From: Octopus sinensis
Lineage: Eukaryota
Reading direction: 5' to 3'
Length of the DNA stretch: 64,000 bases
Assembly: GCF_006345805.1 (NCBI RefSeq)
Contig: NC_043001.1
Span: forward strand, 25,916,001-25,980,000
How positions within the stretch are numbered: position 1 is the stretch's first letter; every line of letters begins with the position of its first letter. The notes under the pieces are model-generated. The model was not told the DNA's origin, did no database searches, and worked only from the letters and a program-made list of their open reading frames with translations. This document shows positions 1-10,868 of this stretch, in pieces. Both the position numbers and the translations under genes were made by a program.

Positions 1-364
1 CCTTATGTAAAAATTTGAACTCAGTATATAAATCTATATACTGAGGAATTGAAAAGTTTGACCAAATCTTGAATTAGCAAACCTGGATCTTTCTTAAAAA
101 ATAATGGAATTACTTGAATTGTTAATCTTGCTTTTTCATAAAAAAAAACAAACTCTGTATTCTGGATAGTTTAATTTCTTTTTGTCATTTGCTGCCATAT
201 ATTTGTTCATGTGATTAGGTTCAAACATTTGTACATATGTTTTACAAATATGTGGTATTTTACAGAAAAATGCAATTGTCAGTCCAAAAATTAAGTCCTT
301 TCTTGAAAGACTTTTACATTTTCATATTTCATTCTAAAATAAAATGAAGGCTTGTAATGAAATG

Positions 365-909
365 TACTTACTTGTACTTGTGACGGCATTCACCCAGGGC
401 GGGTTGAGCCGGCTTCTTCTCTGGTCCTAACGGCATCACGAACCATGGTGGCCCATGCTCGCTGGTCCTGTGCGAGGTCACTGGAGATAGTGAGCCATTC
501 GCGATACCATCTGCGGACCTGAGAGTTCGGAGAGGTCCTCCTTTATCGTCGTTGCCCAGGTCTTCAGCTGCCCGCCCGTGCGTTTGCGCCAGCTGGGAAG
601 TGGAGGTAGGAGGAGGATATCGCGAATCAGTTCACCCTCTGGACGCCAGGCCGCATGACCGAACCACCTTAAGCACTGCTGTACAAGCACCGAAGGGAGG
701 GGCCGGAGATTCAGGCGATGACGAAGACCGGCTGTAGGAACCTGATCAATGCGTTGGCAGCGAAGAATGTGGCGGAGACAATCATTGTCGAACATCTCCA
801 GCCTTCACTGATCGACTACCCTCATAGGCCATGTTTCACAACCATAGAGGAGGATAGTACGAACGACAGCCTGGTATATTTGTCCTTTGGTCACCGAGGA
901 GATCTCCTC
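365..909 (-). mobile_element. 5'-truncated RTE-clade LINE, RT C-terminal part plus 3' end
   Basis: Minus strand translates to KGQIYQAVVRTILLYGCETWPMRVVDQ*RLEMFDNDCLRHILRC...QCLRWFGHAAWRPEGELIRD...GGQLKTW; the YGCETW and LRWFGH motifs are typical of RTE ORF2. One in-frame stop. Lies in the SPSB3 intron. Confidence 0.9.
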
Positions 910-977
910 AGTAATGAAATGTCATCATTATTGAGTATAACTTTATGCATGTTTAATTTGACTACACAGTAAATGAA

Positions 978-1293
978 AATTAAAGTTCGGATTAAATAGA
1001 TGAAGCAATTCTAAATATATTTTATCTGAATGTGGCCAGCTGTATGAAACATTATTTTATTTCACATTCTGAAGAGGTTGTGCATGAATTTTTGATTAAT
1101 TGGGAAATTGTTTTAAAATGATTTTAAAGTATTGTAATTAAAGTTTGGATTAAATAGATGAAGCAATTCTAAATATATTTTATTTGAATATGGCCAGCTG
1201 TATGAAACATTATTTTATTTCACATTCTGAAGAGGTTTTGCATGAATTTTTGATTAATTGGGAAATTGTTTTAAAATGATTTTAAAGTATTGT
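978..1293. repeat. Direct tandem duplication, 2 x 158 bp
   Basis: 978-1135 and 1136-1293 match with 4 substitutions; ends about 20 nt before the SPSB3 acceptor. Confidence 0.95.
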
Positions 1294-1314
1294 ATTTATT
1301 TTCTATATCTATAG

Positions 1315-1688
1315 GTATTGCATACAAAGGACTTCAAGGAAAAAACTTATACCCAGTTGTATCCTCCACAGCTGCTCGAAGTGGTATGAAAGTGGTCAGA
1401 TGTCAGTCATTTCCAACATCTCTTCAATTCATGTGTTGCCAAATCTTACGCACACATATCCCAAGCCACATGGATGTTTTAGAAGTTGTAGATTTGCCTC
1501 CTGGTTTGCGAACTTTCCTCCACGACAAAGTTGGTTGGCTACTGCAATCCTGTCGTTTATCTGTCAAAGATGTTGTAACTGCTGGTTCAAAACGACCATG
1601 TCAATCTCCTTATGGATATTATGAAGATGATGATCGGCGGAAAAGGCGCTGCTTATGGCCTGTTAACTCATTGCCAGAACCATCTTAA
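1315..1688 (+). CDS. SPSB3: SPRY domain-containing SOCS box protein 3, terminal coding exon (end of SPRY, SOCS box, basic tail)
   Basis: Acceptor ttttctatatctatAG (1313-1314), phase 1. Translation (G)IAYKGLQGKNLYPVVSSTAARSGMKVVRCQSFPTSLQFMCCQILR...LPPGLRTFLHDKVGWLL matches my recollection of human SPSB3 (FYPMVCSTAARSSMKV...TSLQYLCC...LPPGLKQVLHNKLGWVL). Stop TAA at 1686-1688. Confidence 0.93.
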
Positions 1689-3418
1689 TATTAATTTTGT
1701 GCAGTGGGTAAATGAAATTTGAAAATTTTCTTTAGAATCTTCTATTGGATTGATACAAAAGAAATAGTTATTGCTGTGAGAGCTAATGGACTCATTTGGA
1801 CCATCAATACCTACCACTGACTATGAAGTGGAACCGAACCTGTGATAAAAGTTATTTTGCATATGGATGTTTTAAAAGGAATAACCGATTCTCTAAGATA
1901 ATTTGTGTGTGTACAAGTCTGTGTTTAAATACACATGCATTCAAGAATATATTTATATCTCTTCTTTTAATTACCTGTTTGTGAATGTCAAGGAAATTAT
2001 ATGTGTGTGTATGTGTACTTTAAATGTCGTATATGTGTTTGTTTCGAACTATACACACATGTATGTTATAGAGCAAGTATTTGTACATTTTTGTAGATAA
2101 GACACCCCTCATTGAAATGTCCATCGTCCATTACAATACCAAGAGGACATTCCATGCATTTTTAATCTGTTTGAAAACCCATTTCACATATATAAAGGAA
2201 ATTTTCAAACTTTCCTTTGAAAATATTTGGCACATTGTGAAATAGTTTTTCTGTACACTTTAAACAGAAACCAGAATAAATATTTCCAACAAATTTTCTT
2301 TTTCCATTAGCACAGGGAAGGCTAGAAGATGTGGTATTATCATTTCATTCTTGAGTGAAGAATGGACAGTTTTTACTGCATTTTTACCTTTTTATTTCAT
2401 TTTATCCAATAATAACAATTTTAATTCATAAGATATGCATTTTGCCTTCTGCAGTTAAAACACAAAATTAGCAATCAACATAACATATGCTTGAAGTGGT
2501 TGGCTGACCAACTTGAGACCTCTAGTTAATTGATTTTTACTTATTTGTTTCTTCAATGAAGTTGCATCAAAACTTTAAAAGATTGCTGTGCGGATATAAT
2601 ATTGTTAAAGATTTTTAGATTAAGACAATAGTTCTGATTTTTTGGTGATTTTTTTTTTCCTGCTTGTTTGGTATCATTACATTCTTATTAATTAGGAAAA
2701 CCTCATAGGAAATAGAGTTCTCTAAATTTTTAATAACAAGGAAAATCTGACAACATAAAGAAGTTATGGAAAACATTGGGAATTCCAATTGTAAATTATA
2801 AAAGCAAAAGCATTCAAGATGCTTTTTTTTTATAATTTAGTTAATTTTAACACGATGATAAACATTCTTGAGCTCTTTTTCCTTATGATTGCAATGTTTT
2901 ATTCCCTTAACTCCTCTTTTGACTTCTGCCTTTATGTTTGTTATGCCTGCTGTATATTATTACCTTTGTATAATATCTGGCTTTCTTCAGACTAAAGGCT
3001 TTGAAGTTTGTTTTCTTTTGTGAGTGCGTGTGTGTGTGTGCGTGTACAAGTATATGAAAGTAAATTGTATTATTCTGGTGTACATAATCTCAGCTGACAT
3101 CACATTGACGGTATCTTTTGACATCAAAATACTTTGGAAAATTTTTTTATATAACAGTTTTTATTATGATTTCTATACTATCTTTTAATTTCAACTGTAA
3201 GGCAATTTTTAGAAAAGGTACATGTGATATTGGAAAAGTGTATACACAGCTAATAAAAAGAAAATTTATAATGGACTAAGCTGTTTCCTAATATTTGGTG
3301 GGGTAGGAATATATTATTTGTTTATCCCTGTTTTTCTAATAATAAAATTCATGTTTCACCATTCTCACAATATTTTGTCATTCACTGTTCTACACAGGCG
3401 CGAACGAAGAAAAATAAA
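1689..3418 (+). other. SPSB3: Probable SPSB3 3' UTR (end uncertain)
   Basis: SINE-free, U-rich tract after the stop; AATAAA at 3341 and 3413. Inference only. Confidence 0.35.
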
Positions 3419-4622
3419 ATAGTTATCTCCCTTAAGTATTTATAGTGAGACAATCGAAATAACTAATTCATTTTTCATATATATATATGGATATTTATAA
3501 CTTAGTGCTACAACTATGTTATATATTTGTTGGCTAACTTGACATTTTGTGAATAGTGAACAAAAAGTCTGCCTTGTTCTCTTTCAAATATATCTGTATA
3601 AATATATTATTAGATTTACAATACTGTTCTGGAGAAATAGAAAGAGATAAACAAATGTTCAGAAGACTAAAGGCTTTGTTGTCTGTAATTATGTCCCTTC
3701 CTATTCAGAATTCAAATAAACGTCTTCGTCTTTGATCCATAAGTATCTTTCTTAGACTTCGTTCAATTTAGTTGACTGTACTCCTTTCCCTATAAATATT
3801 TAGCCTTATGTCAAATGAGGGAACGTTTTGTAGTATAATAGTAAGACTCCAAACAGTAAAAGATTAGCCTTTACTGTAGCAATATTAAATTTTGTCTTCA
3901 TGTTCTAGGTTCAGACCCCACTGAGTCCAAATTTGCATTCCCCAAGGCCACTAGAATAGGTACCAGTCAACCATATGGTCTTGTACCAGTGTGGATTACC
4001 AAATCTGGAAAAGCAACATTTTTATCTTTCACTTTTAACAGAAGGCATCCAGAATACTAGAGACTATCTCAGATATCAATACATTAACCAGTTTAGAGGC
4101 CTCAGTCTCCCTCTTCCCCTCACCCCTATAAGAATTGGACATCAAGCTATTGATTTTTGGGGCAATGATGAGCTGTTGAAGTTTTAAATATTTGGATGCA
4201 GCACTGTGTTCTGCTTCTGACCATACTTTTTTTTTTACCATTTGGTGAGTTGGGCCTGTAGTACCACAATACCTATAAGCATGTGTGGGGGGCTCAGCCT
4301 GTTAAAACTCCTTAAACATTCCTTACAGTGGTTAATTGTATAATTTCTACATCAGGACATGTACAATTGAAGACCCTCACACCATAAAATTCTCACTTAT
4401 CATCCTTCATTTTCATAAAATATTGCTACTTTCATAAAGAATTTTTTTTTTCTCTCATATCTTTAAAGCTGCTAAAACCTTTAATTCCTCTTCAGCATTA
4501 CTATAATTTCTGTATCCTTTATTTCATATTACAATAGCACTGTAATAATACAAAAGTGACCATTGTATGTCTAATGATACTTGAAAAATCTTTCATTTTA
4601 ATTTTTTTTTTATCCACTTTAC

Positions 4623-5098
4623 CATCATCATCATCATCATCATCGTTTAATGTCCATTTTCCATGCTAGCATGGGTTAGACTGTTCGACCTGGGTCTGGG
4701 AAGCCAGGAGGCTGCACCAGGCTCCAGTCTGATCTGGCAATGTTTCTACTGCTGGATGCTCTTCCTAATGCCAACCATTCCATGAGTGTAGTGGGTGGTT
4801 TTATGTGCCACCGGCACAGGGGCCAGAGGAGGCTGGCACTGACCACGGTCGGTTGGTGCTTTTTATGTGCCACTGGCATGGAAGCCAGTCGAGGTAGCGC
4901 TGGCATTGGCCGTGTTCTGATGGTGCTTTTTACGTGCTACTGACATGGGTATCACAACTACAATTTCCATTTGATTTTTATTTTGATGTTGATATACTTG
5001 ACTCAATAGGTCTCCTCAAGCACAGCAAGTTACCCTACAATCCAAGATAAGCTCAACAGGCCATTCTGCGATCCAAGGTACTTTGGATGGGCTGGGGC
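4623..5098 (-). mobile_element. Family A: RTE-LINE 3' UTR copy with (GAT)n tail
   Basis: (CAT)n followed by gtttaatgtccattttccatgctagcatggg; colinear with the 3' UTR of the LINE at 33678-35010. Confidence 0.85.
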
Positions 5099-5224
5099 AT
5101 ACGCAACAACAGTCATACACACGCATGTGCGTACACACACACACACATTATATATGATGGACTTCCTTCAGTTTCTGTCTACCAAATCCACTCACAAGGT
5201 TTGCTTGGCATGGACCTATACTAT

Positions 5225-5620
5225 TACTCTTTACTCTTTTACTTGTTTCAGTCAATTGACTGTGGACATGCTGGAGCACCGCCTTTAGTCGAGCAAATAG
5301 ACCCCAGGACTCATTCTTTGTAAGCCTAGTACTTATTCTATCGGGATCTTTTGCCAAACCGCTAAGTTACAAGGACGTAAACATGCCAGCATCGGTTGTC
5401 AAACGATGTTGGGGGGACAAACACAGACACACACATATATACACATGCATATATATGATGGGCTTCTTTCAGTTTCCTTCTACCAAATCCACTCACAAGG
5501 CTTTGGTCAGCCCAAGGCTATATAGTAGAAAACACTTGCCCAAGGTGTCACGCAGTGGGTCTGAACCCAGAATCATGTGGTTGGTAAGTAAGCTACTTAC
5601 CCCACATCCACTCCTGCACC
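5225..5620 (-). mobile_element. tRNA-derived SINE, family B
   Basis: Colinear with copies at 19340, 27150, 50613 and 54474; (TACTCTT)n tail, internal (CA/TA)n. Confidence 0.9.
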
Positions 5621-6049
5621 TATAGTAGAAGATACTTGTCCAAGGTGTCATGTAGCGGGACTGAATCCAAAACCACATGGTTGGGAAGCAAGCTTCTTAG
5701 CCACACCTGCAACAAATATCACTGTATTGACCAGACTAACAGATATTGTCACAAACCCATGCCAGCATGGAAAGTAGACATTAAACGTTGATGATGATGA
5801 TGATGACTGCTGGTTACCATGCACTTCCTTGCATTGTCTTAGCATCAGCATATTGGGTAAAATGCTTAGTGGCATTTTGTCTATCTTTAAGTTTTGAGTT
5901 CAGATTCTGTTGGGGTGAACTTTGCCTTTCATCTTTACAGGGTTAATAAAATATGTACCAGTTGAGCACTTATCCCTCCTCCAAAATTACTGGCCTCATG
6001 TCAAAATGTGGAACCAATATTTTAGTGTTACGTATATTAAGTAAAATGT

Positions 6050-6128
6050 AACAATAATATATAATAGAGACTGTAATCTCTATTATATATTATAATAGAG
6101 TTGACAGTCTCTGTTATATATTATTGTT
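6050..6128. repeat. AT-rich fold-back hairpin
   Basis: aacaataatatataatagagactgt / acagtctctgttatatattattgtt (1 mismatch) encloses ctctattata-tat-tataatagag. Confidence 0.8.
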
Positions 6129-6547
6129 GGACCTTGATTATTCAGGAGGGTTATTATGTCAATAATATACATGTGCTGGTTCTGTTTCACTTTTATTATT
6201 ATTAGTCATTTGAAGGTGGTGAGCTAGCAAACTCAAGTGAAAAACTGACCAGTATGAGGAAAGATTATCAATTTATACCAAAGCCATGAACAGTCATAAG
6301 TGCAATGACTGACTACAAGAACAAGTAACTGTATTTCACAAAATCAAAGATGTAACCCACATATATGTTTATGTGTACTGTGGGGGACAATGGTCCAGTT
6401 TACCTAGCATAAAAATAAGTATGGTGGGAAGCAGAACTCAGGGCTGCATCTAAACACCTCCATACTCAAAACTGCAATAGTTTGGCATGTTTTTCAGAGA
6501 GAGAGAGGGGGAGAAAGAGATTTCTGAGCTGCTTAATGTCATGATGT

Positions 6548-6860
6548 GGAGATGCAATGGCCCAGTGGTTAGGGCAGCGGACTCATGGTCGGAGGATCGT
6601 GTTTTTGATTCCCAGACAGGTCTTTGTGTGTTTATTGAATGAAAACACCTAAAGCTCCATGAGGCTCCAGCAGAGGGTGGTAGCGACCCCTGTTATACTC
6701 TTTCACCCCAACTTTCTCTCACTTTTTCTTCCTGTTTCGTGAGTAACATTGCGATGGACTGGCGTCCCGTCCAGCTAGGGGGAACACATACGCCACAGAA
6801 ATCGGGAAACCAGGCCCATGAGCCTGGCTAGGCTTGAAAAGGGCGCATAAATAAATAAAA
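6548..6860 (+). mobile_element. tRNA-derived SINE: family D head with an alternative 3' module
   Basis: Head gcaatggcccagtggttagggcagcggactc is shared with 28493 and 60126; the tail differs and ends in (ATAA)n. Confidence 0.85.
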
Positions 6861-7371
6861 TAATGTCATGATATTTTGAGATAATCTCCAGTATTCTAAA
6901 AGCTTTCAAGTAAAAGTAGTAAATAAAATACAAAATCCTGCTTCTTCAGAATAATAAAAAAATATTGGTAACCCATATTGTCAGAAGCCCATACTGTTGA
7001 TTGGTATGCACTTTGAGATGTGCAATAGAGGTAGATCAAAGAAGACTTGGATTGATGATTAGGATATGATTGTTGACATGCTTATAATTCAGATCCATTC
7101 AACTTATGACAGTATAGAAAAATAGGTTAAAATGACAATGAAGATGAGCAGGATGATGAATGTATAGAGGCCCTATTTGGTAATTATTAATTGAGAATGA
7201 AGATGTGAATCAACTTCAGAAGGATGCTGCTGGTGTGTATTGTAAATTTGTGTGGGATGGGTTGGACTAAAGAGTTGCTCCTTTAAATTCTTTTAAAATA
7301 TGTATTTAATTATTCAGGCATGTTCTTCATGGCTATGCACCTTCTACCACTTCACTCCCTCTCTCAGCCAA

Positions 7372-7770
7372 GAGGTTCTTGTCTTGCAAGCTCACAGGTG
7401 CTGGTACCATATAGAAAGCACCTGTGCAGGTGCCACATAAAAAGTACTCGTGTTGGTGCCAAGTAAAATGCGCCCATGCCAGTACTACATGAAATTTTAG
7501 TGTTAGGTATATTAAGTAAATAGTTTAGTGTTAGGTACCTTTTTATGTGGTACCACATAAAAAGCACCTGTGTGGGTGTCATGAAGAAAGCACCTGTACC
7601 AGTGCCACATAAAAACATCCACTCTGTAAAATGGCTGGTGTTAGGAAGGGCAGCCAGTCATAGAAACCTTGCTAAAACAGACAATTGGAGCCTGGTGCAG
7701 CTCTCTGGCTTGGCCAGCTCTGGTCAAATCGTCCAACCCATACCAGCATGGAAAACATGTTAAATGATGA
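7372..7770 (+). mobile_element. Family A LINE 3' UTR copy, degenerate
   Basis: ggaagggcagccagtcatagaaacc...ccagcatggaaaacatgttaaatgatga. Confidence 0.75.
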
Positions 7771-8254
7771 TTGTGAGTTCCTAGACATTAGTGAATAGAA
7801 AAATAACATTGAAAGTTTATTCCCAGTCAGTCAGTTAACTGAATATTATTCATTGACTGCAAATATAATAATACTCTGGTAAACTTGTAATCACTAGAAA
7901 AGGATTTGTAATTTGCTAACTATAAATATTAACACTTGATAAAATATAGGAAATCAGTTTATAATTGATAAAAAACATATCAACTAATAAAATAGAGATA
8001 AAATAATATACACATTAATAAAAAAAAATTGCCACCCAAGTAAAAAAAAAGAAAAGAATAATGCAATCTAAGAGCTGATGATAAAACAAAGTTGTATAAA
8101 AGAATTTTTTTTTTTAGATTTCTCTTTTATCTTTTTATCTATGTTTTATCTTTTATCTTTTGCTTGTTTCAATTATATTGGAGAGGGACTCCCTTGAAGA
8201 GTTCACTCAAATACCCTCAACTCCACCTCCCTACTTATTTTTTAAAGTCTGGTT

Positions 8255-8500
8255 GGTCTCTAAGCTAAACCACTGTTACAGGGATGTCAACAAACCAACA
8301 GTAGTTGTCAAACAAGGGTGGGGAAAAGGCAAATACAAAGACACACACATGCACACACACACACACACACACTCACATGATGGGCTTCTACACAGTTTCT
8401 ACTTACCAAATTCAATAACAAAGCATTGGTTGTAGATGACACTTGCTCAAGATGCTGTGCAGTGGGAATGAACCTGAAACCATGAGGTTGCAAACCTCAG
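8255..8500 (-). mobile_element. Family B SINE, degenerate
   Basis: aaaccactgttacagggatgtcaacaaaccaac...gacacttgctcaagatgctgtgcagtgggaatgaacc. Confidence 0.65.
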
Positions 8501-8689
8501 AACCATACAGTTGTTGTTAATTAAATTATTTGGATAAGATCATTATTTTATTGTAACATATAATAAAACTAATGAATAAAAAATAAAGAAAAACATATCT
8601 GAAATTTTGAGCAGAACTTGCTGACTAACTGTAATAATATTGTTATAATGTTTTGAGGACAGCTGCATAAAGAAGTGCCAATCTCTAAC

Positions 8690-9694
8690 TGTGGAGAGAA
8701 CCTGTAGAAGCAGTAGACCCAGGAAGATGTGGGATCATCATCATCATCATCATCATCATCATTGTTTAACGTCCGCTTTCCATGCTAGCATGGGTTGGAC
8801 GAATGACTGAGGGCTGGTGAACCAGATGGCTGCACCAGACTTCAATCTTGATCTGGCAGAGTTTCTATAGCTGGATGCCCTTCCTTATGCCAATCACTCC
8901 GAGAGTGTAGTGGGTGCTTTTACGTGCCAGTCAGGCGGTATTGGCAACGACCTCGCTTGAATCTTTTACACATGCCACCAGCACAGGTGCCAGTAAGGCG
9001 ATGCTGGCAACGATCATGCTCGAATGGTGTTTTTTATGTGCCACTAGCACGATAGCCGCTCTGGCAACGATCACGCTCGGATGGTGCTCTTTAAGGCGAC
9101 ACTGGTAACGATCATGCTCAAATGGTGCCTTTTAAGTGCCACAGGCACGGAAGCCGGTTAGCCACTCTGTCAATGGTCACACTCGTATGGTGCTCTTTGC
9201 ACCCTGCTAGCACAGACACCAGTCATCGAATTTGATTTTGATTTTGATTTTTGATTTCACTTGCCTTAACAGGTCTTCGCAAGCAGAGTTTTAGTGTCCA
9301 AAGTGGGATGAGGTAATAATCTTCAGATGCTGCGTCTCACAGAAGTAATACCAATCAACTGAAACTATTAGTGATTTGCTGTGCTTGAGAAGACATGTCC
9401 AGCTGGCTGAAATTGTAGTTGTAGCCAGTGCCAGGGACACATGAAAGGCACCTGTGCCAGTGACACATGAGAGGTACCTGTGCCAGTCACATGTAAAAGG
9501 CACCCATGCCAGTGACATGTAAAAGACACCCAATATGCTCTGTGGAGTGGTTGGCATTAGGAAGGGCATCCAGCTGTAGAAACCAAGCCAAAATAGACAA
9601 ACCCTTGTGCAAATCACTGGCTTACCAGCTCCAGTCAAACCATCTAACCCATGCCAGCATGGAAAGCAGACACTAAATGATGATGATGATGATT
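8690..9694 (+). mobile_element. Family A LINE 3' end (coding remnant plus UTR) split by a nested copy
   Basis: agtagacccaggaagatgtgggat resumes as gtgggatgagg...cttcagatgctg at 9303; (GAT)n tail at about 9678-9694. Confidence 0.75.
8736..9302 (-). mobile_element. Family A copy nested in opposite orientation, 7-bp TSD GTGGGAT
   Basis: GTGGGAT at 8729-8735 and 9303-9309 flanks a (CAT)n-led copy with about 5 internal ggcaacgatcacgctcggatggtgct-type modules. Confidence 0.85.
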
Positions 9695-10229
9695 TTTAAC
9701 TTTAAACCTGGTCACAAATTTTAGTAAAAAAACTAGTCGATGTTATCAACATTGGAAAGAGGAAAAAGACAACATTGTTCTTTAGAAATATTGGTCTTGA
9801 GTACTTAATCATTACTATCCAATTAACATCACTTGAGCAAACAATGAAATATACGAGTTTGCTGCTGTAGAATGAAGAGGAAATGGTTAACTCACTACAT
9901 GTGATAGCCATTTCTGTTCTTGGATGGTGTCTTCTGTATTAAATAACAGTGACTGTTATAATCGAATAACTGCAATAGTGAAATTCTGGTAATTTGATCA
10001 GTAGACTATTATAGGTATCAAATTGTTGATGTGATATTTAAATTATATATCAGTTGCTATCACTTTCTCAACAGTCACAATATATATGTGCTAAAATGCT
10101 CACAAAGCTTTTCAACAGTACTTTCACTTTATTTATTTAATCAATCTTCTTTTTTTAAACCGATAACAATCCTTCAGTATTGTTATGACCTATTGCATGA
10201 ACGTACATACATACATACATACATATAAA

Positions 10230-10261
<32 letters not shown>

Positions 10262-10315
10262 CACTTACCATTATTCAAATTTCAGCTGAGAAAAGATTAA
10301 GGGCAATGGTGAAAG

Positions 10316-10316
<1 letters not shown>

Positions 10317-10346
<30 letters not shown>

Positions 10347-10572
10347 TTAACGTCCGCTTTCCATGCTAGCATGGGTTGGACGATTTGACTGAGGTCTGGC
10401 GAACCAGACTCCAATCTGATCTGGCAGAGTTTCTACAGCTGGATGCCCTTCCTAATGCCAACCACTCCGAGAGTGTAGTGGGTGCTTTTACGTGCCACCG
10501 GCACGAGGGCCAGTTTGGTGGTACTGGCAACAGCCACGTCCAAATGGTGCTTTTTACGTGCCACCTGCACAG
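10317..10572 (-). mobile_element. Family A copy, truncated next to the PLE junction
   Basis: (CAT)n ttaacgtccgctttccatgctagcatgggttggacg... Confidence 0.9.
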
Positions 10573-10716
10573 GTAAAAGTAAATTGTAAATATATGTAAT
10601 ATATATAATATATACAATTTTAAATTGTAAATATATGTAATATATTGTCAATAAATTTACCATATATATAACAAAATGAATAATGGGCAAATATATATAT
10701 ATATACACACACACAT

Positions 10717-10760
<44 letters not shown>

Positions 10761-10868
10761 TGAATAATGGGTAAATTGTCCAACCCTTACCAGCGAGGAA
10801 AACATGTTAAATGATGATGATGAAGATGATGAGTTCCTAGATATTAGTGAATAGAAAAATAACATTTT

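Noticed and set aside
3975-4241. Overlapping ORFs in a slightly GC-richer patch
   Set aside because: No recognisable motif or splice signals; probably an old repeat remnant.
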